Source of the DNA: an uncultured delta proteobacterium
Lineage (GTDB): Bacteria > Desulfobacterota > BSN033 > UBA1163
Direction of reading: 5' to 3'
Assembly: GCA_963708295.1 (NCBI GenBank)
Contig: CAVPSJ010000012.1
Location: 96,001-160,000 of the forward strand
Length of the DNA: 64,000 nt
The notes under the pieces were generated by a model that was not told the DNA's origin, searched no databases, and worked only from the letters and a program-made list of their open reading frames with translations. Of this stretch, positions 1-9,613 are shown one piece after another; positions within the stretch are counted from its first letter, which is position 1, and each line of letters opens with the position of its first letter. Both the position numbers and the translations under genes were made by a program.

Positions 1-532
1 TTACGCTCTTACCCAAACGGACAAGCGACTCAGCCATCTCAAGCCCGATGTAGCCTCCTCCTGCAATCACGACGTCCCGAATCCTTTCAGACCGAATTTG
101 CTGGGTGAATGCATCGGCATCGAAGATCGACCGGAGGTAAAAGATATTATTTAGATCTATTCCTTCAATTTTAGGCCGGATGGGAGAGGCGCCCGTTGCA
201 ACAACCAGCCGGTCAAAGTGATCCGTAAAAGGATCTCCCGATCCCATTTTTTTCCCCGAGACGCGATGGTTCCGGACATCGATCTCCTCAATCCGGCGAT
301 TCTTCAACACCCGGATCCCATCCAGGGCAAACTGCCCGGGCGTTCGCGAAATCAACTCATCCCTTCCTCCGATGACACCGCTCGCATAGTACGGCAACCC
401 ACATCCTGCGTAGGAGATTTCATCCTCCTCCTGGTAAATGACGATTTCCATCTCAGGATCACATCGCCTCGCCTTCGCTGCCGCCTTGGGTCCTGCGGCC
501 ACTCCTCCAATCACAACCAGTCTCTTCGTCAT
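1..532 (-). CDS. CoA-disulfide reductase / NADH oxidase family flavoprotein (runs off window edge)
   Basis: Manual translation from ATG at 532: MTKRLVVIGGVAAGPKAAAKARR...ISYAGCGLPYY (FAD GxGxxG, SYxxCGLPY active Cys), LVVATGA, IAGGGYIGLEMAE; frame open to base 1. Confidence 0.9.
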   Translation of the reverse strand, partial: MTKRLVVIGGVAAGPKAAAKARRCDPEMEIVIYQEEDEISYAGCGLPYYASGVIGGRDELISRTPGQFALDGIRVLKNRRIEEIDVRNHRVSGKKMGSGDPFTDHFDRLVVATGASPIRPKIEGIDLNNIFYLRSIFDADAFTQQIRSERIRDVVIAGGGYIGLEMAESLVRLGKSV

Positions 533-606
533 TTTCAAGACCCCTTTCTCAGCGTTCTCTGGGCTAACATCCTATTAGTACTCAGCTGTCCAAATTGCTA
601 GCCGCT

Positions 607-966
607 CCATAACTGAATAGACATCTGATTAACCCCACCCCCACCCCCTGAACCATGTAAGGTTCAGGGCATTGTCCTGCACCCCGCGTGGTGCAGGGCT
701 TTCCCGCCCTCTGAAGGGGAGGGGCGGTCGGGTGGAAAAGATTTAGAGCGGCAACCTTTAGACGTTCGTATTCGGGCGTCCCAAGTCTATGAATGCATTC
801 GGCTTTATACAAGCGACGATTTTCCATAACCTAAGAAACCCGCGTTCTAAATCTTTGGAGCCCGACTACTCCTCCCCTCAAACTGCTATTACGACACAGT
901 CCCTGAAGGGGAGGGGAACTCTTATATTCCTCCCTTTTCAAGGGGGAGGTTAGGAGGGGGATGGGG
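607..966. repeat. Composite palindromic MITE-like element with nested insertions
   Basis: 607-645 and 927-966 match the reverse complement of 47390-47430 and 47284-47323; interior holds extra hairpins and the 721-873 element. Confidence 0.7.
721..873. repeat. Long-stem structured repeat, copy 1
   Basis: GTCGGGT..AAAGATTTAGAGCG ... CGTTCTAAATCTTT..GCCCGAC inverted arms; homologous copy at 37520-37678. Confidence 0.7.
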
Positions 967-985
967 TCCCTCTGCGGTGAGAATC

Positions 986-1327
986 CTATTTTGGACAAGC
1001 TTCTGAATCATAGTGCAGGGCTAACCAGATGGTCTTTTGCTTGGCGTCCGTCCATTCAACGCGATGGCGCTTATGGGCCGGGATATGGACATAATCCCCC
1101 GAACGCATCACGCACGCTTCTGCCTCGCCTTCAAAGAGCACACCCGCCTCTCCACTGAGCAAGATCACCCATTCACTCGTATTTTGATCATACCATTTAC
1201 CCGGCGGCGTTCTTTGCCCCGCCGAAAGAATACGTTCGAGTCTGAATTGCTGGGTATCGAGCAGCGCCTCGGACGTTTCTTCCATCATCACTTCAGGCAG
1301 ATCTCGAAATAGATTCCTAATCCTCAT
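986..1327 (-). CDS. Cupin domain protein
   Basis: LERILSAGQRTPPGKWYDQ..EWVILLSGEA..GDYVHIPAHKRHRVEWT; overlaps end of HD gene. Confidence 0.85.
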   Translation of the reverse strand: MRIRNLFRDLPEVMMEETSEALLDTQQFRLERILSAGQRTPPGKWYDQNTSEWVILLSGEAGVLFEGEAEACVMRSGDYVHIPAHKRHRVEWTDAKQKTIWLALHYDSEACPK

Positions 1328-1910
1328 GGACGCCTCTCTCCCCCCCGGGTGCTTTTAAACCCTGCCACCACTCCTTGGGCTCTGTTTTGAGGCATTCCGC
1401 CGCTATCCTCTTTGCCGATTCTGTTGCCAGCGCGGCCTGAGCATTCAAGATCCAATCGGCGACGTCACGACATCCCAAAGCCTGATATTCACGGGCCTGT
1501 ACCAAGCATTCCAGGAGATCGGCATCACGGGCCAGCCTTGCCTCCGGTGAGGCTTCCTTTTCGAATTCCTCAAAAAAAGAGACGACTTCATTCGCTACTC
1601 CCTCGGGAAGCCTCTTACTCTGTTCGCTTATGGCCTTCTTATCAACGTCTCTCCAGTCCGCGTATCTCCTGACGATTCGATGGGCATCGTTCGTCCTGGC
1701 TTCCGGGAGATCATGAAATAACGCCATGAGAACAGCTTTCCCGGTATCCGCTCGTTCCAGACGGGCAAGAAGATAAGCAATGATCGCCGTCCTGAAAGTG
1801 TGTTCTGCCACGCTTTCAGGATCTTTTACGCCGGCGATCCACCATCCCGAACGTTTCACCTTCTTGAGCTGACCCACCTCATACAGAAATTTTGCAATCT
1901 CATTTTTCAC
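1317..1910 (-). CDS. HD-domain phosphohydrolase (HDDC2/YGK1-like 5'-deoxynucleotidase family)
   Basis: LKKVKRSGW..ESVAEHTFR..ALFHDLPEAR..DADLLE; likely GTG start at 1910. Confidence 0.85.
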   Translation of the reverse strand: MKNEIAKFLYEVGQLKKVKRSGWWIAGVKDPESVAEHTFRTAIIAYLLARLERADTGKAVLMALFHDLPEARTNDAHRIVRRYADWRDVDKKAISEQSKRLPEGVANEVVSFFEEFEKEASPEARLARDADLLECLVQAREYQALGCRDVADWILNAQAALATESAKRIAAECLKTEPKEWWQGLKAPGGERGVHED

Positions 1911-2025
1911 AAACTTGCCCTCCCGAGCCCATCGTAGTGAATACAAACTAACTCCCCCACCCTCCCCCTCCCCCATCAAGGGGGAGGGAAGATTAAGTGG
2001 TCATATTTTCATGGCCGTTCGGTGC

Positions 2026-2391
2026 TTAACCGAGCCCGTATTTCAGTCTTGCCCTCTTCTTTCTCTTTGATTTTTGCCGCCTCGCCTTGTCCATGAGGAT
2101 ATCTTCAGGCGTCGGGCGACCCAACCCCTCTTCGACCTTCCTGACGAGCTCACGCCTTGCAAGAAACCGATTGAGAGATTGGCTCCTCTCCTTCATGCAT
2201 TTTATCTCAAACCCTGTTGGGATGTGCCTGAGATAAACGCAGGTCGAGGTCTTATTCACCTTTTGCCCTCCCCTGCCGGAGGACCGGACGAATTTTTCTT
2301 CGATGTCCTTTTCATAAATTCCAAGAGCCTCCATTCTTTCCTGAAGCCACTTATTCTTCTCTTCGCTCACGGCAAATAGAGCCACGTTCAT
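2026..2391 (-). CDS. Short peptide chain release factor-like protein (GGQ, ArfB/mtRF-R-like ribosome rescue)
   Basis: FVRSSGRGGQKVNKTSTCV, ERSQSLNR, basic C-terminal tail; no codon-recognition domains. Confidence 0.85.
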   Translation of the reverse strand: MNVALFAVSEEKNKWLQERMEALGIYEKDIEEKFVRSSGRGGQKVNKTSTCVYLRHIPTGFEIKCMKERSQSLNRFLARRELVRKVEEGLGRPTPEDILMDKARRQKSKRKKRARLKYGLG

Positions 2392-2675
2392 TCTTCCTTC
2401 AAGACTTCAAATGATTTCGCGTTCAGACTTTTCTATCTTCTTCTATTCCCTTCTATCCCTTTTATATTCATGATACCAGATAAGTCACCCATCCAAAAAG
2501 AAAAATCGAGCAGAACCCTAAAACTTCCTTCATCGACTGTGTCTTAGCCAATTTTCCAGAGTCCGTATCCTGCTCCCAGCCACGCCTCCCTATTTATTCC
2601 ATCTCCCTTGACATAGCCAGTTCGAATTCTTAAACTTGCTTTGAGTCGATAAATGCACCCTAAGGAGAACCACAG

Positions 2676-2801
2676 ATGAATAAGAGGCAGATTCGCTTCC
2701 TGTCAGGGGTTCTGATGGTTTTTATTGTTCTCTCCGGCCTGCACGGATGGGCTCAACCGACGGACGAATTCCCTTGCTATTCGACCGGGAATGGTTTATA
2801 G
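2676..2801 (+). CDS. Small 41-aa ORF, mostly signal peptide (possible gene remnant)
   Basis: TAAGGAG RBS then MNKRQIRFLSGVLMVFIVLSGLHGWAQPTDEFPCYSTGNGL*. Confidence 0.4.
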   Translation: MNKRQIRFLSGVLMVFIVLSGLHGWAQPTDEFPCYSTGNGL

Positions 2802-2892
2802 TGGAGTCAATTTTGACTTGGAGAGATTGAAACACTGATCATCCTGCTTGCTTGACTGAACCCTTCGCCACGTTCCATTAAGAACAGGTTGA

Positions 2893-4551
2893 ATGCGCAG
2901 AAATTGGAAAAAAGAGAAAAGCTTGGAAGAAGGGGTTTCAGAAAAAGCCTACCTATTGGATCCGACCGAAGATCTCATCTCCCTTTCCGACGAATTGGAT
3001 ATCGACCTATCCGCTGAGCTGCCCGAAATGGAGGCAGAGAATGAACACGCTCATCCCCTGGAGGAGGAAGACATTGAGGTTGGATACCCGTCTTTCGCCG
3101 GAAAGTTGGTCGATCCCGTTCGGATTTACCTGAAGGAGATGGGTTCCTTTCCTCTTTTAACCCGCGAGGGAGAGGTCGAGGTGGCTAAGAAAATCGAAAA
3201 CGGACAGCAGGGGCTTCTCAGTGTGGTGCTCAGTTGCCCCATTTCGATCAAGGAAATCACCACCCTGGGAAAGGCTCTCCGAAGCGGAAAGACGAAAATC
3301 AGCGAGGTCACGAACGAGATCGAGGAGGAGGAAACAAATCCGAAAGCGGAGAAGCTTCAAAAAATGAGAGTCCTCCATCTCGTCGAGCGGGTCGGGAAAG
3401 AGGGAAATAAAGTCCAATCTCTTCGGAAGAAGCTGAAGGATATAAAAAGGAAATCTTCTCGGAAGAAGATCGAAGGAGAACTGTCCAAGACAAACGCTCA
3501 AATACTGGATGCCTTTAAGCGGATTAACTTGAGAGAAGACCAGGTCAACAGGATCATTCAAAGGTTGCGGCAGTGGAACCTTCAACTGGAAATGGCCCAG
3601 CAAGAGTTAAAGAGAATTGGCGGAGATCCGGGGAATCCGATCCAGCGGACCCAAAAGTCCTCGAAGGCCAAAAAGGCTGGCGAGAAGCGAAAAAAACTGC
3701 ACGATAGGAAGGCGATTGCCCGAAATTTCAAACGTCGAATCAGCAGGATGGAGATCGAGTGTGGTCTATCTTCAGAGCAGCTGAAAGAGGCGCTGAAGGC
3801 GATAGAGACGGGGGAAACCAGCATCAGGGAAGCAAAGGCTGAGTTGATCAAGGCGAATCTGAGATTGGTGATTTCGATTGCCAAGAGATACCTGAACCGG
3901 GGGCTCCAGTTTCTGGATTTGATTCAAGAGGGAAATATTGGGCTCATGAGGGCGGTGGAAAAATTCGAATACCAAAGGGGATATAAGTTCGGGACTTATG
4001 CGACGTGGTGGGTTCGCCAGGCCATCACCCGTGCCATCGCTGACCAAGCCCGGACCATTCGCATTCCCGTCCACATGATCGAGGTCATCAATAAGCTGAA
4101 CCGGGCCTCTCGATCCCTCGTTCAGCAGATGGGAAGGGAACCCACGCTCGAAGAGATCGCAGAAAAAATGGGAGTGCCCCTTCATCATGTTCAGAAGATT
4201 CTAAAGGTAAGCAAGAAGACGATCTCCTTAGAAACCCCTGTCGGCGAGGAAGAGGATGGCCGCCTGGAGGATTTTATCGAGGACAAGGGATCCATCTCTC
4301 CCCAGGATGCCGCCATTAATTCCAACTTGATCAAGCAGACTCGAACGGTTCTCTCGACGTTGGATAAGCGGGAGGAAAAGATTTTGAGAATGCGGTTCGG
4401 AATCGGTGAGAACCACGACCATACCCTCGAAGAGGTGGGACAGGACTTTAATGTGACACGGGAGCGCATCCGGCAAATTGAGGAGAAGGCCCTCAGGAAG
4501 CTAAAGCATCCCAGCCGAGCGGAGAAACTGAAGACTTTTGTCGAGTATTAA
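2893..4551 (+). CDS. rpoD: RpoD-like sigma-70 factor
   Basis: [11 protein letters not shown] (1.2), [46 protein letters not shown] (2.4), [19 protein letters not shown] (4.2); atypical N-terminus, may be a paralog. Confidence 0.85.
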   Translation: MRRNWKKEKSLEEGVSEKAYLLDPTEDLISLSDELDIDLSAELPEMEAENEHAHPLEEEDIEVGYPSFAGKLVDPVRIYLKEMGSFPLLTREGEVEVAKKIENGQQGLLSVVLSCPISIKEITTLGKALRSGKTKISEVTNEIEEEETNPKAEKLQKMRVLHLVERVGKEGNKVQSLRKKLKDIKRKSSRKKIEGELSKTNAQILDAFKRINLREDQVNRIIQRLRQWNLQLEMAQQELKRIGGDPGNPIQRTQKSSKAKKAGEKRKKLHDRKAIARNFKRRISRMEIECGLSSEQLKEALKAIETGETSIREAKAELIKANLRLVISIAKRYLNRGLQFLDLIQEGNIGLMRAVEKFEYQRGYKFGTYATWWVRQAITRAIADQARTIRIPVHMIEVINKLNRASRSLVQQMGREPTLEEIAEKMGVPLHHVQKILKVSKKTISLETPVGEEEDGRLEDFIEDKGSISPQDAAINSNLIKQTRTVLSTLDKREEKILRMRFGIGENHDHTLEEVGQDFNVTRERIRQIEEKALRKLKHPSRAEKLKTFVEY

Positions 4552-4566
4552 AAGAGGAGGAAGACG

Positions 4567-4881
4567 ATGAACATCTATGTAGGGAATCTGTCGTTCGACG
4601 TGAAAGAGGAAAACCTTCAAGCGGCGTTTCAAGCGTTCGGACAAGTGAGCTCAGCGACCATCGTAAGAGACAAGTATAGCGGCCAACCCCGGGGTTTTGG
4701 GTTCGTCGAGATGCCTGATCAGAATGAGGCTCGAACAGCCATCGCAAACCTGAATGGAAAAGAACTGCTGGGTCGGCAGATGAATGTGAATGAAGCTCGT
4801 CCTCGCCCCGATCGGGGAGGGCCCGGAAGGCAAGGGGGCCGGGGGGGAAGACCCCCTGAGGGAGGTAGGGGCCGTTATTAA
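4567..4881 (+). CDS. RRM RNA-binding protein with Gly/Arg tail
   Basis: RNP2 IYVGNL, RNP1 RGFGFVEM; GAGGAGG RBS. Confidence 0.95.
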   Translation: MNIYVGNLSFDVKEENLQAAFQAFGQVSSATIVRDKYSGQPRGFGFVEMPDQNEARTAIANLNGKELLGRQMNVNEARPRPDRGGPGRQGGRGGRPPEGGRGRY

Positions 4882-4980
4882 GAAGGGCCTGTGCTCGTCT
4901 CGTCCCCAAAAAGCGTTTTGCGCTCAGATTCGGCCTTCTCATTTTGATAAATATCGGAAAATGAAGAAGGCAGAGGAAGA

Positions 4981-5742
4981 TCAGAAAGTAAAGAGTTCGA
5001 TCCCGCCCGAGACATTGAGCACGATCCCGGTAATGTATTTCGCATGATCCGAAGCTAAGAAAACAACGGCATGGGCCACATCTTCAGGCTCCCCAGGCTT
5101 TCTAAAAGCCGTCCGTTTGATTAATCTCTCTCTCATTTCAGCAGGGATGAGTCGAAAAGACTCGGAGTTTATAATTCCCGGGCAGACCACATTACAGTTA
5201 ATCCCATACCTCGCCCCTTCGAGAGCCAATGTTTTTGTAAAACCGATGATGCCTGCCTTGGTGGTTGAGTAACTCGCCTGCCCAAACCCTCCGAGCGTCC
5301 CTGCCACAGACGCCATATTGATAATCCTCCCCCAACCCTTTTCTTTCATATAGGGCCACACCACCTGGGAGCAGTGATAGGTGCCCGTCAAATTGACCCG
5401 AAGGTCCCTTTTCCAGAGGTCCTCTTTTTGTTCCAGGATCTGACCGAGGTGGTCCAGTGTGGCCGCGCTGTTTACCAGGATATCGATGGATCCGAATTCC
5501 TTGTTAATTCTCGCAGCCCCTTCTTTCACCTCGTCGATCTTGGTCACATCCATACGAACGGCAAAAGACTTTCTTCCCCGGGCCCGGATTTCCTGCGACG
5601 TTTTTTCAGCCCCTTCCATCACGATGTCTGCGATGACGACATCCGCGCCCGCTTCGGACAAAGCGAAGGCATCCACTTTTCCGAGCCCCCTTGAGCCCCC
5701 GGTGACTAACGCCACTTTACCCTCTAACAGCATTTCTCCCAT
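4981..5742 (-). CDS. FabG-like short-chain dehydrogenase/reductase
   Basis: TGGSRGLG, YSTTK (YxxxK), CPG. Confidence 0.9.
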   Translation of the reverse strand: MGEMLLEGKVALVTGGSRGLGKVDAFALSEAGADVVIADIVMEGAEKTSQEIRARGRKSFAVRMDVTKIDEVKEGAARINKEFGSIDILVNSAATLDHLGQILEQKEDLWKRDLRVNLTGTYHCSQVVWPYMKEKGWGRIINMASVAGTLGGFGQASYSTTKAGIIGFTKTLALEGARYGINCNVVCPGIINSESFRLIPAEMRERLIKRTAFRKPGEPEDVAHAVVFLASDHAKYITGIVLNVSGGIELFTF

Positions 5743-5777
5743 CCTCCACCTTTGCTTTGGATATATTATCGAAAGAT

Positions 5778-5920
5778 AAAATTCGAAATCCGAATATCGA
5801 AACTCGAAACAAATCCGAATTCAAATTTCAAAATTCAAAACTACTTCTATCTGTTTAGGTCATTTGTATTTCGAAAATTCGTGTTTGTTTCGAATTTCGG
5901 ATTTCGTGCTTCGGATTTAG
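5778..5920. repeat. Heptamer-periodic imperfect inverted repeat
   Basis: AAATTCG/AAATCCG/AATATCG units mirrored by CGAATTT/CGGATTT units around TGTTTAGGTCATTTG. Confidence 0.75.
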
Positions 5921-5955
5921 AAATCCAAACTCACCACTGACGCTATCCATAAAAA

Positions 5956-6399
5956 TCATGACGAGACAGGTTCCAATATGATGGTCACCTTGCCATCCGG
6001 AAGCGTTTGCGGGGAGGCCTTCATTTTCATCCCAATGTTGATCTTCTTCAGATCCACCTTCGGTATCCAGCCCATAATCCGCAATCCACCTTCCACCTCC
6101 AGAAGCCCGATGGGGCACGGCTCAAATTGGATGCTCGAAAAAGGCATCAGAGGCTGCCGGACGGCGAAATGTTCGGGAGGGACATGGATCTTCGTAAAAG
6201 TGACCAGACTCCCTTCGCCCTTCAACGCTTTCCACTCCATGTCGCTCGACATACATTCCGGGCAATCCGCCTGCGGAGGATAGTACGACTTTCCGCATTT
6301 CTTGCAGATCGTTGACATAATCTTCCCTGCGGCCAGATCTTCTGCGAATCGAGCCACCTTTGTCTGTGAGATGGCTAAAGAGAAATTCTTGAAATCCAT
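5956..6399 (-). CDS. DUF35 Zn-ribbon/OB-fold protein (thiolase partner)
   Basis: CKKCG...YYPPQADCPEC, OB-fold GSLVTFT; directly downstream of thiolase. Confidence 0.9.
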   Translation of the reverse strand: MDFKNFSLAISQTKVARFAEDLAAGKIMSTICKKCGKSYYPPQADCPECMSSDMEWKALKGEGSLVTFTKIHVPPEHFAVRQPLMPFSSIQFEPCPIGLLEVEGGLRIMGWIPKVDLKKINIGMKMKASPQTLPDGKVTIILEPVSS

Positions 6400-6400
6400 T

Positions 6401-7558
6401 CTACTCCCTCCTGAAGATGTGGACGGCGACGACCTGTCCGGTCCCGCCGACGTTGTGGCTAAGTCCCATCGCTGCACCCTTCACCTGTCTTTCGCCTGCC
6501 TCCCCTCTTAACTGCTTCGTCATCTCGACGGCCATGGAGACCCCCGTGGCCCCGAGGGGATGGCCTTTTGATTTCAGTCCCCCGTCCACGTTGACCGGGA
6601 TCTTCCCCCCCACATAGGTCTCCTTTGCCTGGATTAATTTTCCCCCTTCTCCTTTTTCGCAGAAACCCAGGTCCTCATAAGCCACGATCTCCGCGATGGT
6701 AAAACAGTCATGGACCGTCGCGACATCGATATCGGACGGCCCGATCCCCGCCATCTTGTAGGCCCCCTTCGCGGCTTCACGGGCTGAAAGGATCGAGGTT
6801 AAGCTCTTTCGGTCGCCGATCCTCATCGTATCCGTGGCGAGCCCCAATCCTGCGATCCAGACCGGTTTTTTGGATACGGCCTTTGCTTTTTCTTCGGAGG
6901 CAAGAAGCACGGCGGCAGCCCCATCCGTAATGAGGCTGCAATCGAAAAGCTTCAACGGGTGAGCCACCGTAAAGGAGGTTAAAGCTTTGTCCAGAGTAAT
7001 GGGTTTCTGCATATGGGCGTACGGGTTGAGGCTTCCATAGTAATGATTCTTCACCGCCACCCCCGCCAGCTGCTCCTCGGTGGTGCCAAACTCAGCCATG
7101 TGGGCATTGGCAATCATCGCATAGTAGCCGGGGAAGGTCGTCCCAAAAGGATATTCCCAGGTCGCATCCCCCCCTCTTCCCATGATGTCCGTCGCCATGC
7201 TGGTCGGCACTTCGGTCATCTTCTCCACGCCAACGACCAGAACGAAATCGGCGAGGCCCGATGCCACATTCATCCACCCCGTTCTCACCGCCATGCTTCC
7301 CGTGGCGCAGGCTCCTTCCACACGGAAATTGGGTTTCGGATGAAACCCGATATAGTCATGAACCTGGGCGGAAGGCTGGAGGGCGATGGAGAATTCATCT
7401 CCCGCAATTCCTGTCACCATACTCTCCACTTCTTTGAGCGAGACCCCCGCATCATCGAGACAGGCTTTCACCGCTTCAAAGGCAAGTTCCCGCAATGAAG
7501 CATCCGATCGGATCCCAAATTTTCCATGACCAATTCCGACGATTCCCACCTTTCTCAT
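6401..7558 (-). CDS. SCP2/archaeal-type thiolase
   Basis: EGACATG, VGVEKM, DGAAA, VHDCF, KGHPLGATG, HNVGG. Confidence 0.92.
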   Translation of the reverse strand: MRKVGIVGIGHGKFGIRSDASLRELAFEAVKACLDDAGVSLKEVESMVTGIAGDEFSIALQPSAQVHDYIGFHPKPNFRVEGACATGSMAVRTGWMNVASGLADFVLVVGVEKMTEVPTSMATDIMGRGGDATWEYPFGTTFPGYYAMIANAHMAEFGTTEEQLAGVAVKNHYYGSLNPYAHMQKPITLDKALTSFTVAHPLKLFDCSLITDGAAAVLLASEEKAKAVSKKPVWIAGLGLATDTMRIGDRKSLTSILSAREAAKGAYKMAGIGPSDIDVATVHDCFTIAEIVAYEDLGFCEKGEGGKLIQAKETYVGGKIPVNVDGGLKSKGHPLGATGVSMAVEMTKQLRGEAGERQVKGAAMGLSHNVGGTGQVVAVHIFRRE

Positions 7559-7567
7559 ATCCCTCTC

Positions 7568-8722
7568 CTATCCTTTCTTTCCGATCACCACACCGGCGAT
7601 GGTATTTTTCTGAATTTCTCGCGTCCCTTCGTAAATCTCAGTGATTCTGGCATCCCGATAGTATCGCTCCACTTCATACTCCAACATATAGCCGTATCCA
7701 CCGTGAATCTGAACGGCCTCTTGAGCCACTTCCACCGCCACCCTTCCTGCCATCATCTTCGCCATGGAGGTCCATTTCGGTTCAATCCTTCCCTCGTCAA
7801 AATTCCAGCCGGCTTTGTAAACCAGACACCTGGCCGCTTCAATCTGAGTCGCCATGTCCGCCAGCTTGTGCTGTGTCACCTGGAAATCGACTAACCTCTG
7901 ACCAAACTGTTCCCTTTTCTTAGCATAATCGAGAGCGCGGTCGAAGGCTCCCTGGGCAATTCCCAGTGCCTGAGCTGCCACCATCACCCTGCTCTCATCA
8001 AAGAATTCGAGCACCTGATAAAACCCCTTGTGAAGATCTCCAACGAGATTCTCTGCGGGGACTCGAACTTGGTCAAACGACATTTCTGTCGTGGAGGTCA
8101 TTTTAATCCCCATCTTCTCTCCGAGCTCACTCACCTCGAACCCTTTGCTTCCCTTTTCAACAACCAAGGTGGACATCCCTCGATAACTCGGCTCGACCCC
8201 GGTGTCGCTCTGGCAGAGGACGATCACGAAATGGGCGATCGTCCCGTTGGAAATAAAGGTCTTCACTCCGTTGAGCAGATATCCGCCTCCGTCTTTCACT
8301 GCGGTGGTTCGAACCCGGGTAATATCGCTCCCATGATCCGGTTCGGTGAAACCGCCCGCAGAAATGGCCTCTCCCTGTGTGAGAGGGATCAAATACTTTT
8401 TCTTCTGAGCTTCGTTTCCAAATCTCAGAATGATCTCTGATGCAAAGTTGGCGATGCTCAGGCAGATTCCAACTCCCGAATCTCTCCTGCAGAAGGCTTC
8501 AACGATCAATGCGTTTTCAAGGATTCCATACCCCTGCCCGCCATATTCCTCTGGGTAATGAATCCCGATAAACCCGAGTTGACAGGCCTTTTTCAGGAAG
8601 GCCATAGGAAATTCATGGTTTCGCTCGAGGTTCAAAATGACCTCTTTGTCAAATTCTCCCCTGGCAAATCCGTCCGCGGCCTTCTGGATTTCTTTCTGCT
8701 CTTCGGTCAAATCGAAATTCAT
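7568..8722 (-). CDS. Acyl-CoA dehydrogenase
   Basis: FTEPDHGSD, LNGVKTFISNG, REQFG, QIHGGYGY, IYEGT. Confidence 0.95.
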   Translation of the reverse strand: MNFDLTEEQKEIQKAADGFARGEFDKEVILNLERNHEFPMAFLKKACQLGFIGIHYPEEYGGQGYGILENALIVEAFCRRDSGVGICLSIANFASEIILRFGNEAQKKKYLIPLTQGEAISAGGFTEPDHGSDITRVRTTAVKDGGGYLLNGVKTFISNGTIAHFVIVLCQSDTGVEPSYRGMSTLVVEKGSKGFEVSELGEKMGIKMTSTTEMSFDQVRVPAENLVGDLHKGFYQVLEFFDESRVMVAAQALGIAQGAFDRALDYAKKREQFGQRLVDFQVTQHKLADMATQIEAARCLVYKAGWNFDEGRIEPKWTSMAKMMAGRVAVEVAQEAVQIHGGYGYMLEYEVERYYRDARITEIYEGTREIQKNTIAGVVIGKKG

Positions 8723-8852
8723 GCCACTCTTCTCCTTCGGAAACGAGGGTCTGTCGTCGGGTTCTAATATCTCAAAAATTCTGGATGTTTGTCAACCCTT
8801 CAACTTGAGGCCTGCTCCCGACTTCGGTCGGGATGGCTTAAAGGATGGTTAT

Positions 8853-9610
8853 TCAGGATTGAGGATGGGCGGCGGACGGGTTCATTCGATAAGGTCCACG
8901 AAAAAACACTTTTCTTCTCTCAAAAGGGAATCTCAAAGAAATGAGCGTTTTCCCCTTCCTCTCGTCTGCTTCAAAATCCATTTTTCCCCAATGCTTCAGG
9001 ACGATTCTCTTTACCAGGAGCAGCATGAAATCCAGCATTTCACCCTTTTGTGGAATTGGGATTTGTACCCATGCCCCTTCGGGATGCCCCGCCACCTTCC
9101 GTTTGCCCGGGAAAATGACCGAAATCTCCACATATCCTCCATACCTTTCAAAAAACGGCTGAAACTCCGATCCCTCCCTCTGAAAAACGGAGGATGTCGT
9201 CCAAAATTCAATGCTCCCATCGGGCGGTGTTGACAGGATGACATACTGGAGGATGGAATTCAGAATATATTTCAAAGGCTCATCAGGAACGGTGATTTCT
9301 GGCAGACCTTCTTCAAGTCTCTTGAAGAGGTGTACTCTTTTCTCTTCCAGTTCAGCTTTGTTTTTCTTCAGCACCTCTTCGATAAGAGCATGGACGGTGT
9401 TCGCTCTCTTGATCGCCGCGGTGACCTGGAAATAATTAAGAAGGCTGCTCAGGAAAAAATCGGTCTGAGTGATCTCCTGGGTCATCATCCGGTAAAAAAA
9501 CTGACCGGCTTCCTTTTCTCTGAATCTGCCCTGAGAAGACTCCGTGAGGTTTCTAACCGATTCCAGAACCTTTTTGATGTAATGAATCGACCCGGCCCAT
9601 AAGGCATGTT
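8853..9610 (-). CDS. Degenerate histidine-kinase-like protein (HisKA + HATPase-like, no sensor); start uncertain
   Basis: IHYIKKVLESV resembles H-box; LIEEVL...LPEITVPDEPLKYILNSILQY and HWGKMDFE...KGKTLISLRFP resemble HATPase_c. Confidence 0.6.
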
Positions 9611-9613
9611 CCT

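Noticed and set aside
582-827. 81-aa ORF, and similar ORFs at 10007-10279, 17793-18176 and 47309-47554
   Set aside because: Translations of palindromic repeat DNA
2026-2391. PrfH
   Set aside because: Too short, has a basic tail, and no adjacent rtcB
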